From Escherichia phage vB_EcoM_Lh1B: a stretch of DNA of 64,000 nucleotides. The position numbers were made by a program, and so were the translations under genes. Positions 15,327-24,759 of the stretch are shown piece after piece. The DNA is taken from the sequence record OK428535.1. One strand, written 5' to 3'. The first letter of the stretch is position 1; each line of letters begins with the position of its first letter. The notes beneath the pieces were generated by a model, which was given only the letters and a program-made list of their open reading frames with translations, was not told the DNA's origin and did not search any database.

Positions 15327-16460
15327 ATGCAATTTCCAATTTCCGTAATCGAAGATATGGCTCGTGTAGTACGTGACCGTGCGTATGTGCTTAGCTACGA
15401 AGGTATTCGTGCATATTCAGAAGCTCTGATTGCACAACACGTCACTGGCACCGGTGTTATCAACCCGGATCTTTACAATGCGCTGGTCGATAACAATGTG
15501 GAGGCTTATCTGCCGCTGCCGCACCTGCGTAATAAGTTGTGCCTTTCTTCTCAAACTCTTCAGTTTGATAACCTGCCGCCACTGAAATATTCGCCAGATG
15601 ACCGTTGGGGAAGTATGCTGGGCGTAGCTTTCCAAAATTGCCACGCGCCTTATAACTGGTCTATTCTCGTTGAAGGTGTTGATGGTGTCTGGTATGCCAT
15701 TGCACATTCTGACGGATTCTTCTTCGAACCAGGTGAGTTGATTAAACCAGTAAGTGCCCCACAAGGTCGTGCTAAGGTTGGGCATTGTTACATTGAATTG
15801 ACTCATGTCCAGTGGACTATCGAAGACTGGCGTGCTGCCTCCGTTATCTTCGGTGACGGTAAACCACACTCAGTTACTTTCGAGCGTTGTGAAGCAGAGC
15901 ATGTTGAAGAGACTGACAATGACGAAGTGGGAGATCGTTACGCGCCGCTGGAAGAGTGTCGTAACATCGNNAACANCNACTGGGTGAAAGTCTTTACGGC
16001 CAACCCCGGTTTCCGTGGCCANACNATCAACCCCGGNGAAGNAACCTGGGAAGGTTTCGTACAACTCGCAGATAAACTCGGTTATGACGTGTGGGATTAT
16101 ACCTACAAACGTCCATACCCGAATGCGTCGGAAGATGAAGACCACGATGAAATCATTCTGGAAAACCTGGCTGATATCGAAAACGTGTTCATCGATGATG
16201 AAATCTTCATCACCCTCGGCATTGAGCGTCCGAAATCAACCGCATATCCGGTATCGGTTGCCAGCGTTATTCAGGAACTGGGCAAGATGCAGGAGCAGAC
16301 CGTCGAAGTGAAAATCGACGAAGAGCAAATGCATATCGTTGCACAGGTACAGAAAACTCTGAACCTGGATAAACTGTACGCGGAAATCCGCAAGCAGCCG
16401 AAAAAGAAACGTACTGCTGCCACAATCAAAGCAATGATGCGTGAAATTATCGGCAAGTAA
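15327..16460 (+). CDS. hypothetical protein (378 aa)
   Basis: Start set to ATG 15327 (TAAGGACT upstream); Lys-rich C-terminus; followed by bidirectional terminator. Confidence 0.7.
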   Translation: MQFPISVIEDMARVVRDRAYVLSYEGIRAYSEALIAQHVTGTGVINPDLYNALVDNNVEAYLPLPHLRNKLCLSSQTLQFDNLPPLKYSPDDRWGSMLGVAFQNCHAPYNWSILVEGVDGVWYAIAHSDGFFFEPGELIKPVSAPQGRAKVGHCYIELTHVQWTIEDWRAASVIFGDGKPHSVTFERCEAEHVEETDNDEVGDRYAPLEECRNIXNXXWVKVFTANPGFRGXXINPXEXTWEGFVQLADKLGYDVWDYTYKRPYPNASEDEDHDEIILENLADIENVFIDDEIFITLGIERPKSTAYPVSVASVIQELGKMQEQTVEVKIDEEQMHIVAQVQKTLNLDKLYAEIRKQPKKKRTAATIKAMMREIIGK

Positions 16461-16478
16461 TGCGATAAAAAATAAAAG

Positions 16479-16516
16479 CCTACCTACTCCCAAGGGAGTA
16501 GGTAGTTCTTTTTTTC
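16479..16516. terminator. bidirectional intrinsic terminator
   Basis: CCTACCTACTCCC-AAG-GGAGTAGGTAG hairpin flanked by A-run upstream and T-run downstream, between convergent genes. Confidence 0.75.
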
Positions 16517-16517
16517 T

Positions 16518-17141
16518 TTAATTTGTTAACCCGTTATCTTTCAGGATTTTCAACATCGCATCATTCAACGCCTGCAGTTCTTGATTCTGCTTAGTGAGTG
16601 TTGCAACTTGTTCTGTCAGAGGAACCTGCTCACGGATTTTGGCTTTACGCACCGCTTCCATTTGCAAGTGTTCTTCTTCCGTCACCGTCCCTTCGTAATC
16701 CATCGATGTGATGTCCACACGTGCATCGATTCCTAAACCGCGTTCTAAGATGCTTTTCAGGTCGTTCGTTAGCAGTGTGACATCGACGTATTCGGGTATT
16801 AATGCCAGGTCAATAACCACCACATTGCGTCTATAATTTAACCCGTTCAGTCCAGGATACGTCTCAATGTACGTATCAGGCAACTCGTAGACTTGACCGT
16901 CCCTCGACTTTAATGTTACAATCGAGGCTTCGACATTAGCGTCGCTGATATAGTCGTCACGAGTTAGGCCGACAGGTTTATAATACTTGTTATAAACGTC
17001 AATATTATTACGTTGGAGTTTCGGAAAGTTCTGTACCGCGTCAACACGGTAAATCACTTTATCTGGCAACGTATAAGGTGCCTTAACCTTGAACAACCCC
17101 TCAAGGTTAACCTGAGGCGTGTTAGGCAACAGTTGTGCCAT
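16518..17141 (-). CDS. hypothetical protein (207 aa)
   Basis: ORF track, minus strand; ends at bidirectional terminator. Confidence 0.65.
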   Translation of the reverse strand: MAQLLPNTPQVNLEGLFKVKAPYTLPDKVIYRVDAVQNFPKLQRNNIDVYNKYYKPVGLTRDDYISDANVEASIVTLKSRDGQVYELPDTYIETYPGLNGLNYRRNVVVIDLALIPEYVDVTLLTNDLKSILERGLGIDARVDITSMDYEGTVTEEEHLQMEAVRKAKIREQVPLTEQVATLTKQNQELQALNDAMLKILKDNGLTN

Positions 17142-17151
17142 TTAACCCTCC

Positions 17152-18531
17152 TTAGGCTTCTGGCTCTGCCNCAGGGACATCCCAAACAGCTTTGCGGGCC
17201 AAGACACGATACTCCACGTTATCGAATTCGAAGACGTAGAAGTAAACGTTAGGATCGACGTCGTCTACGAGCTTCACGATATCCAGCGGGGTGGAATGTG
17301 GGTGATACTCTTCCGCTGCGATTAACGCCTGGAAGAACAAGTCCAGCCACTCGGTGGTTTTCTTCGACATTCTCGCAATATCTGCATTGTTAGTGCCGAT
17401 TAATGCGTAGTCGGGAATCGTATCATGCAGGGTCGTTTTGCGTGAATCGTTTTCAGGGCCCGCGATAACTACAGCGTTTAGTGATTTATAGATGGACGGT
17501 AAATCCGTTACATCGGTAGTTGGAGTTGAGATTGCTCCACTATTTTTTTCCGTAATGGTTTGAACAGTCCACTCCCCAAATCGGGAGATTGCTTTGACCC
17601 AGAAATCATATGGGAGAATCGGCGAGTATAATGCCGCAACGTCTTCCTCATTTGGAANCCCACNAATTGACCAACCGGGAACAATTGTGAANTTGGNGGT
17701 CGTAAANATTTCTGGGAACACCTTGACACCCAACGCCACAGNAAAACTGGNGTTTNCCAAAATGTAATCACNNAACNCTTGTTTAATCCTGNTCGGGTTA
17801 CGACCCGCGCGTCCGTAGATGATAGCCGACATCGGTATCGGTAAGGTGGAATCAAAGTCTTCCTGGTCGTGCCAAGTATAGATGTTAGTAATCAGGCTAG
17901 TGTACGGATAACCGTCAGCTAATTCGTTAATCTTATTATGGTGATCCGGAAGGTTGAACCCTTCCATTGCCTTTTCGACTACAGATTTCACAGCCAAGAA
18001 AGTATCAACCGGTAATATCGGCATTTGGACTTCAATTTCAAATCCGGTATAGTCCTGATTGAAATCTTCATCAGCAAACCAGAGAATAATCTGGTTATTC
18101 ACATCAGATGGGTCTTCGACTTTATCTGCTGTGGTTTCAAGTTTCCAACTGACCCAACGTGGGAACCAGTTACTGTTAGTCTGAATCATCGCGCCAGACT
18201 GAACACCGCTGATGACACTATTAAATTGCCCCAACAGCAAACGCTGGAATTCAACTTCGTCGTTTCTTAAGTTGCCCAGGATAGACTGTTGGTAGATCCA
18301 TTGGGAAACAGTAAGAACGTGGTCGCTAAAGACGGCCGGGGTCTTAATAGGCAACTCGTCACGTTTAGAAGTAAAAGCAACCAGTTCCACCTGCAGATTT
18401 TCTTTAGTAAAATACTGCTTGCTTTTAGCGAACGAATATGACAGCTCAGACAACTCACCTACCGGAGCGGTGTTGCCAGGGCCATTATCAATCAGAGCCG
18501 CTATTTGAATAAAGCCTTGTAAATCATACAT
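17152..18531 (-). CDS. hypothetical protein (459 aa), possibly structural
   Basis: Long minus-strand ORF co-oriented with downstream 207-aa gene; n-masked central region. Confidence 0.7.
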   Translation of the reverse strand: MYDLQGFIQIAALIDNGPGNTAPVGELSELSYSFAKSKQYFTKENLQVELVAFTSKRDELPIKTPAVFSDHVLTVSQWIYQQSILGNLRNDEVEFQRLLLGQFNSVISGVQSGAMIQTNSNWFPRWVSWKLETTADKVEDPSDVNNQIILWFADEDFNQDYTGFEIEVQMPILPVDTFLAVKSVVEKAMEGFNLPDHHNKINELADGYPYTSLITNIYTWHDQEDFDSTLPIPMSAIIYGRAGRNPXRIKQXXXDYILXNXSFXVALGVKVFPEXFTTXXFTIVPGWSIXGXPNEEDVAALYSPILPYDFWVKAISRFGEWTVQTITEKNSGAISTPTTDVTDLPSIYKSLNAVVIAGPENDSRKTTLHDTIPDYALIGTNNADIARMSKKTTEWLDLFFQALIAAEEYHPHSTPLDIVKLVDDVDPNVYFYVFEFDNVEYRVLARKAVWDVPXAEPEA

Positions 18532-18555
18532 AATTAAAAACTCTCCGAGGTGAGC

Positions 18556-19065
18556 ATGATAGCATCAGTTTTCAAACTGCTTCCATTCTTACAAATGCTG
18601 TGGGAAGCATTTAAACCGGGCGAGGGGGAGAAAGTAACACGAGCCGGGAAAATAGTGACACTAGTGATAGTGGCACTGATCGCGTTCTCTGCATTTGTCT
18701 CATACGCCTACATTGTTCAATACCACACACTGGTTAGCGTTCAATCGCGTACTCAGTATCTGGAGATATCCTATAAGGAGCTAAAAGAGAAGTCCGATCA
18801 TGGCGAAGTGGAGAACAATAAGTTGTACGATCGTCTCTTCACGTGCCTGGGTTCTCGACCGCCATATGATGGTACCAAATCTCCAACAGGAACAGGCACT
18901 GAGGCCGCGGTTCCGCCTGTANAAANCAANCCNGTAANNCCNCCGGCNCCGTTNAATCCNTCTANCCCNCCNNCCAAGAAATACCNGGCCNCTTCTCNCC
19001 CGGTAGGGTCGCAGGAGGCAAATGATTTCCGACAGGAGATTATCAGTACGCTTAATAATCCATGA
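18556..19065 (+). CDS. membrane protein with N-terminal TM helix and Pro-rich C-terminal region
   Basis: Start set to ATG 18556 (GAGGTGA upstream); TM IVTLVIVALIAFSAFVSYAYIV; charged helical segment; n-masked Pro-rich region. Confidence 0.55.
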   Translation: MIASVFKLLPFLQMLWEAFKPGEGEKVTRAGKIVTLVIVALIAFSAFVSYAYIVQYHTLVSVQSRTQYLEISYKELKEKSDHGEVENNKLYDRLFTCLGSRPPYDGTKSPTGTGTEAAVPPVXXXXVXXPXPXNXSXXXXKKYXAXSXPVGSQEANDFRQEIISTLNNP

Positions 19066-19074
19066 GGAGCATAC

Positions 19075-19554
19075 ATGAAGTTATTTTTGGTGGCGATACT
19101 GGTGCTATTGTTGACAGGATGCCCTGGAGCCATCCGTCACGTAGACCCAGATTACTCCTCAACCGGAGATTGGCCTTTTCGTCCTTTAGAACACCCACCA
19201 GTTTATGCTGGTGGGAACAGTCCTGAGGCGAAAAAGCTGGCAGGGAAAATGTTTGTTGCGGATGTGAACGCTTATGCTTATTACGTTTATCTGTACGCTA
19301 AGTCGTTGAACAATTACGCAGAAGCTAAGGGGTGGCGCACCCCGATGGCCGCACCGCTTTGTGAAGAGTTTATTCGCCCCACTCTTCATGATATACCCTC
19401 CGGGATATATCTCGACCCTGGTTCTCGTAGCCCTCAAGACATTAGTCGTGATTTGTCACGACAGATTAAGTCNCTCATTCGCAGCTATCGCGAAGACAGA
19501 GAGTCTTTTAATCATGCCTACGAACGGCACAAAAGTAGTTGCCTTGTGCAATGA
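19075..19554 (+). CDS. putative lipoprotein (159 aa)
   Basis: MKLFLVAILVLLLTGC lipobox-like LTGC; followed by terminator. Confidence 0.6.
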   Translation: MKLFLVAILVLLLTGCPGAIRHVDPDYSSTGDWPFRPLEHPPVYAGGNSPEAKKLAGKMFVADVNAYAYYVYLYAKSLNNYAEAKGWRTPMAAPLCEEFIRPTLHDIPSGIYLDPGSRSPQDISRDLSRQIKXLIRSYREDRESFNHAYERHKSSCLVQ

Positions 19555-19557
19555 AAA

Positions 19558-19598
19558 CTCCCTCTTACCTTCGGGTAAGAGGGGATTTCCTTTTTTAN
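19558..19598 (+). terminator. intrinsic terminator
   Basis: CCTCTTACC-TTCG-GGTAAGAGG hairpin followed by GGATTTCCTTTTTT. Confidence 0.75.
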
Positions 19599-19610
19599 NT
19601 TAATANTCAA

Positions 19611-19635
19611 TANTGTGATATATAATCTCNTGGNG
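19611..19635 (+). promoter_or_regulatory. AT-rich promoter-like element
   Basis: GTGATATATAATCTC between terminator and exonuclease gene; partly n-masked. Confidence 0.3.
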
Positions 19636-19642
19636 AGTTGAA

Positions 19643-20362
19643 ATGACATATCCTAAAATTCTGCCTGTTTTAACGCCCACCGTTGTTGTTGGGACGGACT
19701 TAGAGACCCTGGCTTTACGTCCAGATGCCTACATCTTAACGTTGGCAAACGTGGCATTCGATGTTCCGACAATGAAAATGATCGGTTCATGTTACCACAA
19801 AATCGACCCCAATGATGCAAAAGCAAAAGAAATCTTCTACATCGATCCACAAACGGTCGGTTATTGGGAAGGTAAAGGCGACCCCGAATACGCACCGAGC
19901 GAGAAAGCACGTATTGAAGCGTTTTCTGGGACCACTCCACTGCCAGAAGCACTGTGGGCGGCCAAAAAATGGTTGGATGATCTGGGCAACGTGAAAATGG
20001 TTATCACCATGCGCGGTCCCGATTTCGATGCTCCAATTCTGATGAACGCATTCGCGCAGTGCGATATCCCGCCGGGCAAGTACCGCAAGTTTTCTATATT
20101 GGACTCTGACCGGACTGCAGAACGTATTGCATATGCGTTTGGCCTGGAACCGAACTGGCACGCAGAAGCGCACCATTGGACCCGTGGCAAAGAAGCGTAC
20201 GAGCATAACGCTAGCTTCGATGCTGCGAAGGAAGCGTATTCTACGGCACGCATCTATCATTTGGCCCTGGTCGCGCGTACGTACGGCTTCGAACGCATGT
20301 TAGAAGCCCACCGCGAAATGTGCACAGGTGAATACATTCCACCGCAGTTGCGAGGAGAATAA
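19643..20362 (+). CDS. DnaQ-like DEDDh 3'-5' exonuclease
   Basis: VVVGTDLETLAL (Exo I D-x-E) and YEHNASFDAAKEAY (Exo III H-x4-D) motifs. Confidence 0.65.
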   Translation: MTYPKILPVLTPTVVVGTDLETLALRPDAYILTLANVAFDVPTMKMIGSCYHKIDPNDAKAKEIFYIDPQTVGYWEGKGDPEYAPSEKARIEAFSGTTPLPEALWAAKKWLDDLGNVKMVITMRGPDFDAPILMNAFAQCDIPPGKYRKFSILDSDRTAERIAYAFGLEPNWHAEAHHWTRGKEAYEHNASFDAAKEAYSTARIYHLALVARTYGFERMLEAHREMCTGEYIPPQLRGE

Positions 20363-21876
20363 TGAAAGACGTCGACGTAGCGGTTATTTATACCGATGGT
20401 AGTCATACTGAGTCCCCGAAAGGTTCGGGGGCTGGTATTCATGGTTATTTATTCAACAACGGAGATTTGGAAGACAGTCAGGCTTATAGCCATCCGGGTG
20501 TTTCANAANGGATTACCACTGTTGGATANAAAAAAGNGCCGCAGGNTGNGAAGTGTCCGGNGTTGCCGGACACCGTTNAATTTNTNGACGCCGTTNTTCC
20601 CGTTCCNAAANAGTTNTNCNCAGATGTGGGNGNGTTAATCNCCTTCATCACGTTNTTTGAGAACGCGCCCTTCCGCGCGAAGAACTATATCATCTACGTG
20701 GATGCCAGTTACGTTGTAAACACTTTTAACGAGTGGATAGACGGCTGGCATAAACGTGGTTGGGTTCGTGCTGACGGTACTCCGCTGGCGAACAAAGAAC
20801 TTATTGTTCGTATCTGGGAAATCAAACAGCAGATGAAAAAAGAAGGACGGGGTGTTAAGGTTATCAAAATCAAAGGACACTCCGGCCACTACGGTAACGA
20901 CCGGGCGGACGAATTGGCTAGAAAAGGTTCAGCCATCACAGCGACCAACGACGGCGTTCCATATCAGCCGTACTGGTCGAAGGATGAGTTGCCTGCATCC
21001 GCGGAACCCGAGCCCATCGCCGCTGGGATGAACCTTGCGGCATATCCGCCTATTTGTACGGTTAAATATTGCTATCCGTTGGTGAACGAGGACCATCCTA
21101 CTGTAAAAGTGAAAGATGAAACTTTCTATTACATGTTTGGTGGCAACCATGCAAAGAACAAGGACGACTTGGTGTTTATTGGGAAAATGATTCCTGATGC
21201 ACACTTTTCCGTAATGTTCACTAAACAACCGTGGGATAACATCTACACGATTGTAAATACCCACGCCGCCCTGGCATGGAAAGATACACCGAAGATGCGG
21301 CAGTATGATCCAATCGGTGTTGTTAACAATGAGTTCGTTAAACGTAAGAAGTTCGTTGATGTGGCAGGTGATGGATTACCGGCAGACAAGATGCATTTCA
21401 GTGGAGAAGATTCCAATGTCTGGTTCTTTGAAGACCTGGCCATCTCCAGAATGCTTCGCCCGCCCTTATTGTCGTACCGTGCGCTGGATATTCGTGATGA
21501 ACTCGCTACAACGTTGCGAGATGTTCTGCATCAGGAAAAGGGTTACGTCTTAAACGACATTACCGACTTGCTATTCGACGACAAAGGTAAACCTGTCAAG
21601 GAATACTACCGTAGCGTCGATAAGTCAATAACGTTAAAGATTGACTTTCCGATGGGTAAACGACCTGTCTCGGTTATTTTGACTCGCGGTATCGATATTC
21701 CATCACGTACGGAAATCAACCGTATTAAAGAACCCGAAGGCCGTTATTACATCGCGGTGTGTCGTCCTGAAAAATACTACATCCGTTACTTCTTAATCTA
21801 TATCGGTAAAGAGTATCATGGGTTGTGGTGTGCGTATTACGCAAACCGTCGCATACTGCGAGAAGAAGAGGTGTAA
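20362..21876 (+). CDS. RNase HI domain protein with about 300-aa C-terminal extension
   Basis: N-terminal VAVIYTDGS...; WHKRGWVRADGTPLANKEL...VKVIKIKGHSGHYGNDRADELARKG aligns by eye with E. coli RNase HI WKKRGWKTADKKPVKNVDL...VKGHAGHPENERCDELAR; overlapping stop-start with exonuclease gene. Confidence 0.8.
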   Translation: MKDVDVAVIYTDGSHTESPKGSGAGIHGYLFNNGDLEDSQAYSHPGVSXXITTVGXKKXPQXXKCPXLPDTVXFXDAVXPVXKXXXXDVXXLIXFITXFENAPFRAKNYIIYVDASYVVNTFNEWIDGWHKRGWVRADGTPLANKELIVRIWEIKQQMKKEGRGVKVIKIKGHSGHYGNDRADELARKGSAITATNDGVPYQPYWSKDELPASAEPEPIAAGMNLAAYPPICTVKYCYPLVNEDHPTVKVKDETFYYMFGGNHAKNKDDLVFIGKMIPDAHFSVMFTKQPWDNIYTIVNTHAALAWKDTPKMRQYDPIGVVNNEFVKRKKFVDVAGDGLPADKMHFSGEDSNVWFFEDLAISRMLRPPLLSYRALDIRDELATTLRDVLHQEKGYVLNDITDLLFDDKGKPVKEYYRSVDKSITLKIDFPMGKRPVSVILTRGIDIPSRTEINRIKEPEGRYYIAVCRPEKYYIRYFLIYIGKEYHGLWCAYYANRRILREEEV

Positions 21877-21877
21877 C

Positions 21878-22618
21878 ATGTTGCGAGTCGTGAGTGAATC
21901 GCTCACGCTCCACACACAAAGTCTGATTAACTGTGTGGAGCAATACGGATGGATGTCGTGGATGGCAACGAACCGTGAGTTTGGTGCTGCGCCCATGGAA
22001 GATTACGACGTGTTGTACAAGTGGGGATTTGAAGCGGCTTGTGATGTTGTGGCAGAGCTGGTTACCGAAACAATTGCGCGTTACAACGCAAGATGTGATG
22101 AACCGATGCCTAAACAAGTCCCGCCGCAAATACCTCCGCTACCGACAATCGATCGTGAGCATTGTCGAATCTGGACAATGGAAGAGTTGTACGACGAACA
22201 CGTTAGAATGCTGAAACCGAACGAGCTAATAACCGGTGCGTTGAACTGGTTCTTACATCGTTTCTGGACAGAGTTGGTCGATGTGGCGGGTGACGAAGAT
22301 AATTGTTCTCAGGTTATTTGGTACGATCGAGCGATGTTTCATCGCAGTCTTAAAGATCGTAGTCTCTGCAACCTGTATATTGTTGACCCGTGTGAAGACA
22401 TTGTAAAGGTTGCAGAAGGTAACTCTTATTCCGACTTGGTGATGCCCGTGGTAGAAAAACCGATGGGTATTTTCCTGCAGGGNGACGNTTGGGTTTTAAC
22501 GGATGATATCTCGGGCTACCTGCTGGACCCGGATGACATTCACTCGGACGAACCTGATACCATCGAGTATTTTCACTTTACAGAACAGGCAGCACGCTTC
22601 TTGCATCTCTTAAAGTAA
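21878..22618 (+). CDS. hypothetical protein (246 aa)
   Basis: ATG 21878 with AGAGGTG upstream, immediately after RNase H gene stop. Confidence 0.65.
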   Translation: MLRVVSESLTLHTQSLINCVEQYGWMSWMATNREFGAAPMEDYDVLYKWGFEAACDVVAELVTETIARYNARCDEPMPKQVPPQIPPLPTIDREHCRIWTMEELYDEHVRMLKPNELITGALNWFLHRFWTELVDVAGDEDNCSQVIWYDRAMFHRSLKDRSLCNLYIVDPCEDIVKVAEGNSYSDLVMPVVEKPMGIFLQXDXWVLTDDISGYLLDPDDIHSDEPDTIEYFHFTEQAARFLHLLK

Positions 22619-22620
22619 TC

Positions 22621-22646
22621 TGAGATAGATATTATCTACAGGGACG
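22621..22646 (+). promoter_or_regulatory. class A upstream motif (phage promoter-like)
   Basis: TGAGATAGATATTATCTACAGGGACG with internal palindrome TAGATATTATCTA. Confidence 0.45.
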
Positions 22647-22671
22647 TAACCTTAAGGAGAATTTATTCACG

Positions 22672-23406
22672 ATGCTTAAAGTCGAAGTGCCAGTGCTTTT
22701 AAACCTCACGCCCCAGTTCTTTGAAGCGTTGTTCGAAAAGCATTGGCCCGCGTTCGCGAAGAACGAACTAAAGGATAACCCACAGTGGTATCCACTGCGC
22801 GATGAATTCAAGTACACAGCCATCAACGTCTGTATAGAAGTCTTCACTGCGTGGTTACAAGAGATGTACGACTGCATCAACACCGAACGGTTGTTCACGC
22901 TAGAACATGTAGAGATTAATGTTGTTGACGTCTACGAAGGTTACACCTACGAAGAAGGCATTACTGCCACGGGGTTAAGCCAACAAGACGTTGAAGAACA
23001 AATCTTTGCGTGGATCGAGTGGTTCACGGAAAAGTTGATGCTGGCTGATTTTGTCACGCAGGTGGAAGATGTATTCATCCCAATGTACGAGCGGTTAGCT
23101 GAGATACGTCGTAACCATCGTCTGCTCGGTTACTGGTATGACACTTATACCACCTCCTCAACATTGTGGTCTTCCGCTACTGCCGCATTTGGCATAACTG
23201 AAGGCGATTACGATGTCATTCATTCCGGCCCTTGGCAGTATGGTTTCGGCACCCTGTGGCACGAGCTGACCGATGCCATGTGCCTGGACTTTTATCTGTG
23301 TGGAGGTAAGTTTTACACGGATAACTGCGTGAGCCAAATTCCGAATGGTGCGATGGTGGTGATGTGTCGCATCCGTAAAGAAGTCGCTGAGAAACTAAAC
23401 TACTGA
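22672..23406 (+). CDS. hypothetical protein (244 aa)
   Basis: ORF track; preceded by conserved class A motif and AAGGAGA. Confidence 0.7.
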   Translation: MLKVEVPVLLNLTPQFFEALFEKHWPAFAKNELKDNPQWYPLRDEFKYTAINVCIEVFTAWLQEMYDCINTERLFTLEHVEINVVDVYEGYTYEEGITATGLSQQDVEEQIFAWIEWFTEKLMLADFVTQVEDVFIPMYERLAEIRRNHRLLGYWYDTYTTSSTLWSSATAAFGITEGDYDVIHSGPWQYGFGTLWHELTDAMCLDFYLCGGKFYTDNCVSQIPNGAMVVMCRIRKEVAEKLNY

Positions 23407-23419
23407 AGGAGTATTTAAA

Positions 23420-23791
23420 ATGACGCAAGACGAATTTGAAACGATGGTAAAACAGTATTACAAAGAAGGGACTATTCTGTACATAGTCGCACCCGAGAGC
23501 GAAAACTGGTTGACGTTATCGTCGCGGGTAACCACCCTACGCGGCCCAGTTTCTCAAGAAATAAGACAGATGGCTCGTATAGTTCGAGATACCGCCATCC
23601 AGGGCGGTAAAGTCGTCAGCTTCTCCCACCTCTCTCCGATCGGCCACTCTAACTTAGAAACCGAAGTTGATGTCGTTGCTACTGTTGGTTTTGATTTAGA
23701 TGGCTCTCCAGGCTCGAACCTTGTCGTGATTAAGAAATGGCGTGGATACGATGCAATCCCATCGCCAGGGGTGTGGCCGGCAACCAACTAG
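23420..23791 (+). CDS. hypothetical protein (123 aa)
   Basis: GAAGGAG upstream. Confidence 0.6.
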   Translation: MTQDEFETMVKQYYKEGTILYIVAPESENWLTLSSRVTTLRGPVSQEIRQMARIVRDTAIQGGKVVSFSHLSPIGHSNLETEVDVVATVGFDLDGSPGSNLVVIKKWRGYDAIPSPGVWPATN

Positions 23792-23801
23792 AGGGGTCGC
23801 T

Positions 23802-24209
23802 ATGTTAAAGGTGTATAGCGAGTCATTGATGGACTTGCAAGAGTATCTAAAGCATGTGGAAATTAACGGCAACCGTGGAATGATATACTCCATGGTTGTC
23901 GAGATTTTAATTAAAATCGTGCTTGTTTCATTCCACGTAGCAGAAAATGGCACTGCTGTACCAGGAGATGTTTATAAAGGCGTTATTAAGCATCTTAGCG
24001 AGCGCTACAGTTGTTTACGTGAACCGGATATCTTTAATGAGGTGCAGCGTGTTGTGTTGCTTATCCTCGACAACCGTGAAGACTTGGCGTACAAGCTTGC
24101 GCATGAATTGGCAGACACGTCACAGCACGGTGGACAACTGAAATATAACGTTGTGGATCTCGTAGCGTGCAGATACTGGTATACGCAGCCCGAGGTAAGT
24201 AACTTTTAA
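23802..24209 (+). CDS. hypothetical protein (135 aa)
   Basis: ATG 23802 with GAGGGG upstream within track ORF. Confidence 0.6.
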   Translation: MLKVYSESLMDLQEYLKHVEINGNRGMIYSMVVEILIKIVLVSFHVAENGTAVPGDVYKGVIKHLSERYSCLREPDIFNEVQRVVLLILDNREDLAYKLAHELADTSQHGGQLKYNVVDLVACRYWYTQPEVSNF

Positions 24210-24219
24210 GGAGCATTAG

Positions 24220-24759
24220 ATGCAAATCGTAATTGACTTCGCTCTGTCGGAGTCGAGACGTCAGCTAGATGAAATTCTGTTAGGATTAAAACGTGACGTG
24301 GAATTTGAACTTCACGATGCGTTGGCCGTCCACGAAAATCGTTTGTCTGACGAAATAGGTTCGGGTGTAGATGTGGCTATCTGTGACACTGGGGATATGG
24401 TAAATCAGCTTATTGAACGTATGTTCACGCGGCTGCGTAACATTCTGAACTATCCCCATCGTTTTGAACTGGTAGAAGGGACGGACCAAATCACCGACTT
24501 ATTGAGTGAAGCCTTTGATAAGGTTGGTGAATCTCTGGCGGGGTTACATCAAGAGAACCTGGGCGAGACATATGTTGCTGTGGTCATTAACGGGCAAACG
24601 TCGAACGTTACGGATACGGTAACATGGTCCGATATCGTTGACCAGCCAATCATTGACAAAATCACCAAGCTGTATCNTGAGGCGGAGATGAAGGTGCTGG
24701 CTATCTGTCGTCGCGAACTGCTCTATCTCGGCGAGAAATATGGGAAACCTGTTGAATGA
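24220..24759 (+). CDS. hypothetical protein (179 aa)
   Basis: TAAGGAGCATTAGATG start context. Confidence 0.65.
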   Translation: MQIVIDFALSESRRQLDEILLGLKRDVEFELHDALAVHENRLSDEIGSGVDVAICDTGDMVNQLIERMFTRLRNILNYPHRFELVEGTDQITDLLSEAFDKVGESLAGLHQENLGETYVAVVINGQTSNVTDTVTWSDIVDQPIIDKITKLYXEAEMKVLAICRRELLYLGEKYGKPVE

